A stretch of DNA of 64,000 bases from Mobula hypostoma (GCF_963921235.1 NC_086097.1:70310001-70374000), one strand, 5' to 3'; shown: positions 23,985 through 36,915, numbered from the stretch's first letter. Notes: generated from the letters alone by a model not told the origin. A program made the numbers and translations.

Positions 23985-25935
23985 ACAAGAAAACTCACAG
24001 CCAGCATATAAGCCAAAGAGAGAGCATATAACGGAGCAAAAATTAGAGGAACGTTAGAGGATTGGAAAGATTTTAAAAACCAACAGAAGGCAAATAAAAA
24101 GGCATTAAAGTAAAGATGGAATACAAAAAAAAGCTAGTCAATAATATTAAAGAGGATACCAAATTTCTTTTTTAAAGTGTAAAAAAGAGGTGAGAGTGGA
24201 TATCAGACTGCTGGAAAATGATGCTGGAGAGGTAGTAATGGGGGACAACAAAATGGCAGACGAACTGAATAGTATTCCGCATCAGTCTTCACTATGGAAG
24301 ACACGAGCAGTATGGTAGAAGCTCCAGGTGTCAAGCGCATGAAGTGCATCAGGTTACCATAACTAGAGAAATGGTTCTTGGGAAACTGAAAGAACTTAAG
24401 GTAGACAAATCACCTAGTCTAGATAATGTACAAAACAGAGTTCTGTAAGAGGTGGCTGAAGGATTGTGGAGGCATTAGTAATGATCTTTCAAGAAACAGT
24501 AGATTCTGGAATGGTTCTGGAAGACTGGAAAATTGCAATGTCACTCCACTCTTCAAGGGAGAGAGGTAGAAGAAAGGAAACTGTAGGCCAGTTTGTCTGA
24601 TCTCAGTGGTTGGGAAGATACTGGAATTGCTCATTTAGGATGAGGTCTCAGGGTACTTGGCGCACAGGATAAAATAGGCCACAGTCAGCATGGTTTCCTT
24701 AAGGGCAAATCCTGCCTGACAAATCTGTTGGAATTCTTTGAAGAAATAACAAGCAGGATAGATAAAGGAGAATCGCTTGATGTTGTGTACTTGGGTTTTC
24801 AGAAGGCCCTTGACAAGACCCTACATACAATGTTGCTTAACAAACTATGAGCCCATGGTACACAGGAAAGATTCTAGCAAAGATAAAGCAGTGGCTGATT
24901 GACAGGAGACAAGCAGTGGGAATAAGGGGAGCCTTTTCTGGCTGGTTGCTGGTGACTAGTGATGTTCCACAGCAGTCTGTGTTGCGTCAGATTCTTTTTA
25001 CATTATATTTCAAAGATTTGGACAATGGAATTGATGGCTTTATTGAAAAATTTGCAGATGATCTGAAGATGGGTGGAGGGGAGGCTACAAAAGGTCTTGA
25101 CATATTAGGAGAATGGGCAAAGAAATGGCAGATGGAAAACAGTGTCAGAAAGTATATGGTCATGGACTTTGGTAGAAGAAAGAAAAGTGTAGACTATTTT
25201 CTAAATAGAGAAATATAAAATAACTGATGTGCAAGGGTACTTGGGAGTCCTTGTGCAAGATTTCCTAAAGGTTAATTTGCAGGTTGAATCTGTGGTGAGG
25301 AAGGCAAATGCAATGTTAGCATTAATTGCAAGAGGACTAGAATATAAAAGCAAGGATGTAACATTGGAACTTTATAAAGCACTGGTGAGGCCTCATTTAC
25401 AGTATTGTGCACAGTTCTGGGTCCCTTACATTAGACAGGTTGTGCTGAGACTGGAGCAGGTTCAAAGGTTCATAAAAATGACTCCAGGATCGAATGGCTT
25501 GTCATATGAAGAGCGTTTGATGGCTCTGGGCCTATATTCAGTAGAATTCAGAATGAGGGGTGACCTCATTGAAACCTATCAAATGGTGAAAAGCCTTGAT
25601 AAAGTGGATGTGGATAGGATGTTTCCCAAGGTGGGAGAGTCTAAGATTAGAGGACACAGCCTCAGAATAGAGGAGCATCCTTTTAGAATAGAGTTGAGGA
25701 ATTCCTTCAATAGAAGTGGTAAATCTGTGGAATTCTTCACCACAGGCAGCTGTGGAGGCCAAGTCTTTATGTATATTTAAGGCAGGGGTTGATAAATTCT
25801 TGATTGGGCATGAAGGGATACGGGGAGAAGACAGTAGATTGGGGCTGTGATGAAAATTGGATCAGTCGTGATGAAATGGCAGAGCAGACGATATAGGCCA
25901 AATGGCCGAATTCTGCTCCTGTATCTTATGACCCT
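23985..25935 (+). mobile_element. CR1 LINE, 5'-truncated and decayed
   Basis: QHGF.KGKSCLTNLLEFF, FADD, LYKALVRPHLQYC, RGDLIETY, RGHSLRI. CR1 tail tctgctcct..atcttatg. Confidence 0.9.
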
Positions 25936-26292
25936 ATAGGTTATTCTAATAGGGTTAGATGAAGAATGATGAGATTTATAAGATTATAAACACTGGCATG
26001 GACCTCGTCTACTCTGATTCCAAGTTGGATATATTAGATTCCCATTTAACTTCTCACTGACACATTATAGGCCTCCTCTTTGTCTAAGTTTTTGGTCACC
26101 TGGTTTCAAAGTGGCACAGTATAAAATTCTGATTTGAGAACTAACTTCTTTGAAGTGCACTAGGATTTTTGCTTCAATATATTAAAGGTTATGCAGTAAT
26201 GTAAACACCGGAGTGCAAAAAATATCAATCAAGATTGAATCTGATTCAGTAAGTCCTCAAAAGGTTGGCAGGAAGCAGAATTCTCTTATTTG

Positions 26293-27237
26293 CGGTGCCT
26301 TGTAAAAGTAATCAACCCCCAACCCTACGTTCACATAAAACAGTATTACAACAGGGATTTTGATCAATTCAACTGAGATTTTTTAAAATTGTGAATCAGG
26401 TGCTCCTTTCTTCACAGCAGAGACCCCCCCCCAAAAAAAACAGGGAAAACTGTAAAGCTTGAAAAACTAAATCGTAATATCAGCAGTTCAAAGTATTCAT
26501 CTCCCTTTGTTCAGTACTTAGTTGAACTACTTCTTGTAGCTATTACAGTCTTTTTGGATAAGTCTCTGCACATCTTCATGGAACAAGATTTGCCCATTCC
26601 TCCTTGCAAAATTGTTCAAGCTGGGCCAATTTTCAGGTTAGTTGGGGAGTAGCAGTGGAGGGCAATCTTGAAATCTTGAAAACCATTTGGGTTAAGGTCA
26701 GGACCTTGACTGGGCCAGTCAAGGGCATCAGTTTTCTTCATTTGAAGGCACTCTATGGCCGCTCTGGCAGTGTGCTTTAGGTCATCATCCTACTGAAAGA
26801 TGAACTTCCTCTCCAATTTAAGCACTCTGGCAGAGGCTAGCAGGCTTTTAATCCAATATCTCTCTATATTTAGCAGCATTCATCTTTCCATCAATCCTGA
26901 CCAAATTTCCAATCCCCCCCCCCGCCCCCACCGCTGAAAAGCAGCCCCATAGCATGATGCTACCTCCACCATACTTCACAGCAGGGATGGTGTTACCTGC
27001 CTGAAGCACCACATGTACGGCTGAGTGTTAAGGCTGAAAAATTCTACTTTAGTCTCATGCGACCACAAGACATTCTTTCACATCTTTACAGCAATCTTCT
27101 AAGCGATGCTTTGCAGTCTTTATGGGCAAGGATATGCTTTTTTTTTAAAAGAAAAGCCAGGGTTTCTTCCTTGCCACTCTTCCATAAATAAATATGTGAA
27201 AATAGTTGTGGGGATTGAGCACTTTTTCAAGGCACTG
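26293..27237 (-). mobile_element. Internally deleted Tc1-like transposon
   Basis: TIRs C(G/A)GTGCCTTG.AAAAGT ... ACTTTTTCAAGGCACTG|TA. Minus-strand remnants of [11 protein letters not shown] and FQ.DDD.KH. Confidence 0.75.
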
Positions 27238-28124
27238 TACATCAATAGCAGAGCTCAATTTCAGTTAGTCAAAGTATAATAATTAAAATGTGTTCAGCTA
27301 TACAAAGAAAGGACAGAGCAAATTGATGAACCAATCTAGATACTTCCCTGCAATTTCTCAATTTGCAATTTAGACTACTTTGGTTGTGTTTTGTAAGTTA
27401 TTCTATCTTATAAATGGATTTTCCTATCCATAGTTACCCAAACCGATGCTCAAAGCCAGCAGGAAAAGATCAATATAATTATTGACCGGTAAGATGCTGC
27501 AATATATTCATGGACATCTTTCTAATTGTAGGAATTTTATTTTATTGTTGTGGCTCCTTTGTGAAATTATTTATTAAGTCGGTGCTATGTTGTTAAGTGC
27601 CAAAACAAAATAAGTCTTAGAATACTTCAAAAGGTACATTTTTCCCTTTCTTAAAAATGGGACTGTGTCTACAATTAAAGCAACAAATCTAGTTGTTTAA
27701 CAAAACTGCTGACAGCTGAACTAGACATCAAATTTAACAGCTAATATGCAAAACACAGTAAACCATTTATTTATATTTACACATATGAGTAATTGCTAGC
27801 TATTTAAAGCAGACCCGGTTTCTCTTCAAAAAAAAATCTTGAAAGTAGCACTATTCTATTGATCAAATTGTAGCAAAGTTATTTGAAAAGTTCATCGCTC
27901 ACATACCAAGGTTCCTTCTGGGAGTTCCAAAGGTCTGTTTCTACTTATTTTAATGCAAATTTATTTAGTTCATATCTTTCGATTTGTCCTATGCGAGATA
28001 TACATTGTTCCATCCATTGATCCATCCATTGATACAAGAATTTTTTGGGCTGGAGTATCAAAGGGTTAAAGAGAACAACTGAAGCAGCAGTGTTTGCACA
28101 ATGCAACAGCAGGATATCTATTTA

Positions 28125-28380
28125 TTTATTGAGACACAGTGTGGGACAGGCCCTTTTGGCCCATTGAGCCATGCCACCCAGCAATCCCCCGATTTAATCC
28201 ATGGGACAATTTATAATGACCTGTAGGTCTTTGGACTGTGGGGAGAAACAGGAGTACCAGAAGGAAACCCATGAGGTTACAGGGAGAACATACGTCATCT
28301 TTACAGGCAGCGGCAGGAATTGCACCCGTGTTGCTTATACTGTAAAGCGTTGTGCTAACCACTACGCTACCGTGCCCACA
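28125..28380 (-). mobile_element. tRNA-derived V-SINE-like element
   Basis: Minus strand has GGCACGGTAGCGTAGTGGTTAGCAC (A box), GGGTGCAATTCC (B box) and a V-domain-like gggtttcc..ctggtactcctgtttctccccacagtccaaaga. Confidence 0.75.
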
Positions 28381-29740
28381 TGAAGCCAAGATCAATCCAG
28401 CAACTCCAAATTAATTCCCTAGCTCTTTAGCTACAGTTGAAAAACCTAGTTACAAGCCCAACCTGTAGACAGTAATAAACAATGTAATCATGGGGTGTTT
28501 CAATTGATCCAAGTTAGACATATACTGTATCTCCATTTAAATTACTACTGATGACAAATTATAAATCTCTTCTTTGCCCAAGCAGAGCATCAATCACTTA
28601 CACTCGTCATTCAATCTCAACTCAATCTTCTTCCTACATCTTCTGGCTATAAGATATCCAGGCCAGACAGGCAGTGGCAAATCCTCTGAAACATCTCAGC
28701 AACTTTCCACTGCCTATAAATTCAGCAGTATGATGAAATATCACAGTACTTCACAGAAAAAATAAACAATTCTCAATGAGTTTGAAAATATCTGGAACAA
28801 AGCAGCCCACTTTATTGCTCTGCAAACTAGCGATTATTTCACTGCAACTACATAGCTGTTACAATATACACATCCCAAAACAGTTACTCCAACAGTACCT
28901 TCCTAAGCCACAACCTACCATGCTTTTTATGCACACTTTGAAAGGGAGAATAAAACTCTCTTGTTCTGTGCAAATCCCTGCAGCATCCAGTCACCTTGTG
29001 ATCTCTGTCTCGGAGGCCAACATCAGAACATTTTTCAAGAGGGTGAACCCTTGCAAGACACCTGGCCCTGATGGTGTACCTAGTAGGGTTTGGAAAACCC
29101 GTGCCATTTACAACTGATGAAACTGTTCAGGACATCTTCAATCTTTCACTATTGCAGTCAGAGATTCTCACCTGCTTCAAAACGGTGACAATCATATCAG
29201 TACCCAAGAAGTTGAGGATGATCTGTCTCAACGACTATTGCCCAGTGGCACTCACAGCTACAGTGGCTGGTCATCAATTCCTGCTTAAGCAAGTATCTGG
29301 ATATCTGGACCAGCTACTTTTTGCCCATTGCCACAATAGGTCTACAGCAGATGCAATCTCAATGGCTCTCTACGCGGCCTTGGTAATACAGGTCCAGGTT
29401 GACCTTCTATAATCCGGCACCATTGGGACCTGAGAAGTGCCGGATTAGTGAAAATGCCAAATTACAGAAGGATCACATTAAGCAATAGCTAACCGCCTCA
29501 TCATACCATTAAAATATAAAAAGATTCAAAGTTTCATTTAATGTCAGAGAAATGTATACAATATACATCCTGAAACCCCCAAGATCCCCCCCACTCCCCT
29601 CCCTCCTGTGCGTAAACAGCAGCGAGCAACAATCCCGCCTCCCCACCGGCAAAAAATAAAGTGCACCCACTACCAGCACTCAGGCGTGAGCTAAGCAATA
29701 GCAAGGACACAGACTTGCGGTTATCCCGAAGACTACATTG

Positions 29741-29835
29741 CACTCGCAGTTACTGAAGGAATCCTTGTTAGTCTCTTTTCCTCCACTTAGTAATATGCTT
29801 AAATTCAGCGGGTCACCACGTCTGATCTGAGGTTG
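29741..29835 (-). pseudogene. 28S rRNA 5'-end fragment (dispersed pseudogene)
   Basis: Minus strand reads CAACCTCAGATCAGACGTGGTGACCCGCTGAATTTAAGCATATTACTAAGTGGAGGAAAAGAGACTAACAAGGATTCCTTCAGTAACTGCGAGTG. This is the universal LSU 5' end (LR0R/ITS4 primer region) with CpG-decay substitutions. Confidence 0.93.
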
Positions 29836-29988
29836 TAGGCAGAAGAGAACGGAGCGCCGGCCAGGCGCCGCCGGAGGGTAGTGAGCGACTGCCGGCAGGC
29901 GGGTGAGAAGGCAGACCGTCCCAGCGCGCGCCAGCTCCCCTGCCGTTGGCGGGTGAGATGGGCGGGTGCCAGGCAGCCATGTCTCACG
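29836..29988 (-). other. Probable 3' part of rDNA ITS2
   Basis: Very GC- and CpG-rich stretch directly 5' of the 28S start on the same strand. Confidence 0.7.
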
Positions 29989-31157
29989 TAAATATTAAGA
30001 AATGCAGGAAAACAAGCAGGAATCACCTGTCTGTGCTTACAAGAGTGTGCCAATATGTGAACAGATCTAGCGCAACCAAAACAATGAGCAGCAGTTTGGT
30101 ATGGTGGCCCATAAAATTTGAAATTACGGTTGCACAGAAAATTTGAAATCAGTGCGGATTATTGAAGGAACTGGATTACAGGTAGTCGGATTAGTGAAGG
30201 TCGACCTGCACCTACATCAAGCTGCTGTTTATTGACTACAGCTCAGCGTTCAACACAATCATACCCTCTGTTCTAAGATCTGGGCCTCTATACCTTCCTC
30301 TGAAACTGGATCCTTGACTTCTTCACAGGGAGACCACAGTCTGTGCAGATCAGAAATAACATCTCCTCCTCACTGACAATTAACACTGGCACACTTCAAG
30401 GATGCATGCTTAGCCCATTGCTCTACTCTCTCTACACCATCAATTGTGTGTCTAGGCACAGCTCAAAACCATCTATAAATTTGTTGACAACACAATTACG
30501 TTGGCAGAATTTCAGACGTTTTACAAGGAGGCATATAGGAGTGAGCCAGACCAGCTGGTTGAGAGGTGTCGCAGCAACGACCTTGTAGTCGATGTCAGTA
30601 AGACTAAGGAATTGACTGTGGACTTCAGGAGGGGCAAGTTGGGAACACACAAGAGTCCTTATCGAAGAATCAGCAATGGAAAGGGTGAGCAGTTTCAAGT
30701 TCCTGGCTGTCAACATCTGAGGATCTATCCTGGACCCAGTATATTGATGCAATTACAAAGGCGGCATGATGGCATCTATATTTCATTTGGAGTTTGAGGA
30801 GAATTGGTATATCACCAAAGGCACTCGCAAATTTCCACAGATGTATTGTGGAGAGCATTTCAACTGGTTGCATCACCGTCTGGTATGGAGGGGCCGTTGC
30901 ACAGGATTGGAAAAAGCTCAGCCAGCTCCATCATGGGCGCTGGCCTCCTCAGCATCCAGGACACATTCAAAAGGCGAAGCCTCAAAAAGGCGGCATGCAT
31001 CACTAAGGACCCCTATCACCCCGTAGATGCCTTCTTCACATTGCTATCATCAAAAAGGTGGGTGACAGGAGCCTGAAGACACACACTCAACATTTTAGGA
31101 GCAACTTCTTCCCCTCTGCCTTCAGATTTCTGAATGGACAATGAAACCATGAACCAT

Positions 31158-33954
31158 CTCCAGTGTGACCAGGGATGGGAGCTCAACGTTCAGGGATATT
31201 CAATATTCAGGAGGGATAGACATGAAGGAAGGGGAGGTGGGGTGGCGTTGCTGGTTAAAGGAGAGATTAACACAATAGAAAGGAAGGACATAAGCCGGGA
31301 AGATGTGGAATCGATATGGGTAGAGCTGCGTAACACTAAGGGGCAGAAGACGCTGGTGGGAGTTGTGTACAGGCCACCTAACAGTAGTAGTGAGGTTGGA
31401 GATGGTATTAAACAGGAAATTAGAAATGTGTGCAATAAAGGAACAGCAGTTATAATGGGTGACTTCAATCTACATGTAGATTGGATGAACCAAATTGGTA
31501 AAGGTGCTGAGGAAGAGGATTTCTTGGAATGTATGCGGGATGGTTTTTTGAACCAACATGTCGAGGAACCAACTAGAGAGCAGGCTATTCTGGACTGGGT
31601 TTTGCGCAATGAGGAAGGGTTAATTAGCGATCTTGTCGTGAGAGGCCCCTTGGGTAAGAGTGACCATAATATGGTGGAATTCTTCATTAAGATGGAGAGT
31701 GACATAGTTAATTCAGAAACAAAGGTTCTGAACTTAAAGAGGGGTAACTTTGAAGGTATGAGACGTGAATTAGCTAAGATAGACTGGCAAATGACACTTA
31801 AAGGATTGACGGTGGATATGCAATGGCAAGCATTTAAAGGTTGCATGGATGAACTACAACAATTGTTCATCCCAGTTTGGCAAAAGAATAAATCAAGGAA
31901 GGTAGTGCACCCGTGGCTGACAAGAGAAATTAGGGATAGTATCAATTCCAAAGAAGAAGCATACAAATTAGCCAGAGAAAGTGGCTCACCTGAGGACTGG
32001 GAGAAATTCAAAGTTCAGCAGAGGAGGACGAAGGGCTTAATTAGGAAGGGGAAAAAAGATTATGAGAGAAAACTGGCAGGGAACATAAAAACGGACTGTA
32101 AAAGCTTCTATAGATATGTAAAAAGGAAAAGACTGGTAAAGACAAATGTAGGTCCCCTGCAGACAGAAACAGGTGAATTGATTATGGGGAGCAAGGACAT
32201 GGCAGACCAATTGAATAATTACTTTGGTTCTGTCTTCACTAAGGAGGACATAAATAATCTTCCAGAAATAGTAGGGGACAGACGGTCCAGTGAGATGGAT
32301 GAACTAAGCGAAATACATGTTAGTAGGGAAGTGGTGTTAGGTAAATTGAAGGGATTGAAGGCAGATAAATCCCCAGGGCCAGATGGTCTGCATCCTAGAG
32401 TGCTTAAGGAAGTAGCCCAAGAAATAGTGGATGCATTAGTGATACTTTTTCAAAACTCGTTAGATTCTGGACTAGTTCCTGAAGATTGGAGGGTGGCTAA
32501 TGTAACTCCACTTTTTAAAAAAGGAGGGAGAGAGAAACCGGGGAATTATAGACCGGTTAGCCTAACGTCGGTGGTGGGGAAACTGCTGGAGTCAGTTATC
32601 AAGGATGTGATAACAGCACATTTGGAAAGCGGTGAAATCATCGGACAAAGTCAGCACGGATTTGTGAAAGGAAAATCATGTCTGACGAATCTCAGAATTT
32701 TTTGAGGATGTAACTAGTAGAGTGGATAGGGGAGAACCAGTGGATGTGGTATATTTGGATTTTCAAAAGGCTTTTGACAAGGTCCCACACAGGAGATTAG
32801 TGTGCAACCTTAAAGCACACGGTATTGGGGGTAAGGTATTGGTGTGGGTGGAGAATTGGTTAGCAGACAGGAAGCAAAGAGTGGGAATAAACGGGACCTT
32901 TTCAGAATGGCAGGCGGTGACTAGTGGGGTACCGCAAGGCTCAGTGCTGGGACCCCAGTTGTTTACAATATATATTAATGACTTGGATGAGGGAATTAAA
33001 TGCAGCATCTCCAAGTTTGCGGATGACATGAAGCTGGGTGGCAGTGTTAGCTGTGAGGAGGATGCTAAGAGGATGCAGGGTGACTTGGATAGGTTGGGTG
33101 AGTGGGCAAATTCATGGCAGATGCACTTTAATGTGGATAAATGTGAGGTTATCCACTTTGGTGGCATAAACAGGAAAACAGATTATTATCTGAATGGTGG
33201 CCGATTAGGAAAAGGGGAGGTGCAACGAGACCTGGGTGTCATTATACACCAGTCATTGAAAGTGGGCATGCAGGTACAGCAGGTGGTGAAAAAGGCAAAT
33301 GGTATGCTGGCATTTATAGCAAGAGGATTCAAGTACAGGAGCAGGGAGGTACTACTGCAGTTGTACAAGGCCTTGGTGAGACCATACCTGGAGTATTGTG
33401 CGCAGTTTTGGTCCCCTAATCTGAGGAAAGACATCCTTGCCATAGAGGGAGTACAAAGAAGGTTCACCAGATTGATTCCTGGGATGGCAGGACTTTCATA
33501 TGAAGAAAGACTGGATGAACTGGGCTTGTACTCGTTGGAATTTAGAAGATTTGAGGGGGGATCTGATTGAAACGTATAAAATCCTAAAGGGATTGGACAG
33601 GCTAGATGCAGGAAGATTGTTCCCGATGTTGGGGAAGTCCAGAACAAGGGGCCACAGTTTGAGGATAGAGGGGAAGCCTTTTAGGACCGAGATGAGGAAA
33701 AACTTCTTCACACAGAGAGTGGTGAATCTGTGGAATTCTCTGCCACAGGAAACAGTTGAGGCCAGTTCATTGGCTACATTTAAGAGGGAGTTAGATATGG
33801 CCCTTGTGGCTACGGGGGTCAGGGGGTATGGAGGGAAGGCTGGGGCGGGGTTCTGAGTTGGATGATCAGCCATGATCATAATAAATAGCGGTGCAGGCTT
33901 GAAGGGCTGAATGGCCTGCTCCTGCACCTATTTTCTATGTTTCTATTTTTCTAT
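31158..33954 (+). mobile_element. Young CR1 LINE (EN-RT ORF2 with two frameshifts), 5'-truncated
   Basis: ORFs of 523, 282 and 118 aa with RGGGVAL, YRPP, GDFN, SDH, KSPGPDG, YRPVSLTS, DFQKAFDKV, GVPQGSVLGP, FADD. (TTCTAT)n-type tail. Confidence 0.96.
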
Positions 33955-35411
33955 ATCCTCACTACTTTTCCTCTCTCTTTTTGCACTACTTATTATGTAA
34001 ATACTTATCGTAATTTAGTTTTTATTATTATGCATTGAAATATATTGCTGCTGCAAATCAACAAACTTCACAAAAACATGCCAGTGATATTAAACCTGAT
34101 TTTGATTCGGAAAAGGGCAAGGACTTCAGGTGCATGGGAGCAGTACCACTCGGAGGTTTCCCTCCAACTCTTACAACATCTTGACAGGAAAAATTCAGAC
34201 CAGTCCTTCATCATTACCCAAATTTAAGAGACATGATCCCCAGTAATACTGCAGAGGCACCATGAAGAGATATAGCAGCTCACTACCAGCTTCTCAAAGA
34301 AAACCAAGGACAAACAATCCACACTAGCTTGACAGTTGTGCCCCATGTTGCCATACCCTGTGAGGTTAACAGATCACCAAAAGAAAATTCGCAATACTAG
34401 TCAGAAGAATGATCAAAAGCAGTATTTTATGAAAACAAAATCCTATTTCCATAATCTTGGCAACACTGGCAAACTTAATCTTAATTTTCCCAGGAAGGTG
34501 GTGGCAAGCAGCCTTCAGCAGCCCACTTAGCCTTTGTAATAAAGGAACTCACACAATGCTTTCGGGTAGGATGTTTCATGATTCACATCCCATGAAATGA
34601 AGGACCAATGATACATTTCCAAGGAAGGATCTTGGGAGGGGAACCTGCAGGTGGTGGAGCTAACCATGTCTACTTGGTAGTAGAGGTCATTGGTTTGAAA
34701 TGAGCTGTTAGAGTACTCTGAGCAATTAACTGTGTGCATTTTGTAAAGGCACACCCTATACTGGAGTGGAGGCAATGAACATCAAGGTTGATGTATGGGA
34801 TGCCAATTAAACAGACTGTCAGTAGTTAGACCCAGTTATTAAAGATAGTCACTAGCTGACATGCTTGTGACATGAATATTCCTTGCCACAAATCAGCTCA
34901 CATCTGAATACTGCTGGGCTCTAACTACATGCAGCATGAAAAAACAATCTGAACAACACTGAACATTCATCAGCCAACCATCAACAAAGATTACAACTTC
35001 TGACCTTATAGCAGTCATGTGGGGTGAGGATGGCCAATGAAGAAACCTTTCCCAAGGAATTCCTAGAGTGATATTCCATGGCTAAGATTATAGATCTCTG
35101 AATACCATGACTCTAACCATTCGAGTGTTTCCTGTTGATGGCACATTCAGCCAGATGCCATCTTCATGTCAAAGAGAATTGCTCACAATTTAACACTGAT
35201 TTCCTTGCCCTTAGAAATGGGGGATCCAATTTATGAATCCAACACAAAAATATTTATCATTTTATATTCACTATACAGTAATTTCATTTGAATATTTAGC
35301 CTTATTTTATGGACATTTGCTTGACAAAGTGTGCAAGGTAACTTGAGAATAAACTTGGACTTCACATGTGCCACTTTCCAAAGCCAGAATCTGCCAATTA
35401 TTGGATAGTTA

Positions 35412-36915
35412 CAGTTGCAAGAAAAAAAATTGTGAACCCCTTGCATTTAGCAGGTTTTCTTCAATAATTACTCATAAAATATGGTCCGATCTTCATCTAA
35501 TTCATAATAATAGATAAACACAATCTATCTAACCTAATAACACCCAAACAATTATACTTCTTCTTGTCAATATTGAGTACACCATTTAAACATCACAGTC
35601 TAGGTTCAAAAGAGTATGTGAACCTCTTTTCAAAAGTTTTTTGGAGTCAGGTGTTCCAATCAATGCGATGAGATTGGAAGTGTGGGTTGTAGAGCTGCCC
35701 TGCCCTATAAAAAAGACACACCAAGTCAGATTAATGACAGAGCCTTCTCTTCTCAAGAAAGATCTGTTTATGTACACCATGCCTTGACCAAAACAACTTT
35801 CACAGGACCCAAGAACTGTAGAGCTGCGTGAAGCAGGAAAAGGCTACAAAAGCATTTCTAAAGACCTGAGTGTTCATTTGTCCACAGTAAGAGAAATTAT
35901 CTACAAATAGAGGAAATTCAGTACTGTTGCTAGTCTCCCTAGGAGTGGCCGTGAAGGAGGTGAGAAAGAACCTAAGGGTAACAGCAAAAGACCTGCAGGT
36001 ATCTCTAGAACTAGCTAAAAAAAACTGTTCATGTGTCCACTAGAAGAAAAACACTGAACAAGAATGCTGTACACGGAGACACCATGGAGGAAACACTGCT
36101 CACCAAAAGAAAACATTGCTGCACATCTCAAGGTTGCAAAAGACCACCTGGATGTTCTACAATGCTTTGGGGACAATATTCTGTGTACAGATGAGACAGA
36201 AGTTGAAATTTTTGGCAGAAATGCACACTGCTACATTTGGAGGAAAACGGGCACTGCATACCAACACCAATACCTCATCTCAACTATGAAGTATAGTGGA
36301 AGGAGCATCATGGTTTGGGGCTGCTTTGCAGCTTCAGGGCCTGGACAGCTTGCAATCATTGAGGGAATGTCAGAGAAGCTTAATAGAAGTTGGATAATGC
36401 AATAAGACAATGATCCAAAAGACAAGAGTAAATCAACAACAGAATAATTTTTTTTAAAAAAGATGTTTTGGAATGGCTGAGTGAAAGTCCAGACCTTAAA
36501 ACAATTGAGAAGATGTAGCTTGACCTGAAGAGGGCTGTTCATTCAAGGTATCCCAAAAATATTGTGAACTGAAACAGTTTTGAATGGAGGAATGGTCTAA
36601 AATTCCTCGTCGTTGTTGTGTAAGTCTGATCAGCAGCTACAAGAAACATTTGGTGGAGGTTATTGTTGCTAAATGTGGTTCTACCAGTTATTAAATACTA
36701 GGGTTCACGTATTTTTTCCAGCCTGGACTGTGAATGATTAAACAATGTCTTCAATAAAGACATGGAAAGTACAATTTGTTTCTATGTTATTAGTTTATAC
36801 AGATTGTGTTTGTCTATTATTGTGCCTTAGATGAAGACTAGATCACATTTTAAGAGTAATTAATACAGAAAACCAGGTAATTGCAAAGGGTCCACAAACT
36901 TTTTTCTTGCAAATA
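35412..36915 (+). mobile_element. Near full-length Tc1-like transposon with long (~210 bp) TIRs, decayed transposase
   Basis: TA|CAGTTGCAAGAAAA...GTGAACCCC at the left end and GGGTCCACAAACTTTTTTCTTGCAA at the right. Transposase remnants GKGYKSISKDL, L.TDET.VE.FG, GRSIMVWGCFAASGPG, Q.DNDPK. Confidence 0.9.

Larger units (their letters stand above)
29389..30208. mobile_element. Tc1-mariner MITE, longer member of the 19573-19726 family, with a nested insertion
   Basis: Ends TA|CAGGTC-CAGGTTGACCTTC.ATAATCCGG ... CGGATTAGTGAAGGTCGACCTG|CA. Both ends match the 19.6-kb MITE in reverse orientation. Confidence 0.85.
28920..34107 (+). mobile_element. Rex1/Babar-type LINE interrupted by a MITE (29389-30208) and a CR1 (31158-33954)
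   Basis: KTPGPDGVP, CLNDYCPVALT and RSTADAISMAL before the MITE. Resumes with TYIKLLFIDYSSAFNTI and [15 protein letters not shown]. The 3' tail resumes at about 33957 and ends ctgattttgattc. Confidence 0.8.

Noticed and set aside
28300..28380. tRNA gene
   Set aside because: A and B boxes are present but continue into a SINE body, and there is no complete cloverleaf.
29741..29835. Functional rRNA gene
   Set aside because: Only ~95 nt of 28S with CpG-decay mutations. No 18S or 5.8S is present, and it is embedded in a MITE.
31190..33927. Long antisense ORFs (273, 134, 153, 143 aa)
   Set aside because: Shadows of the CR1 ORF2 on the opposite strand.
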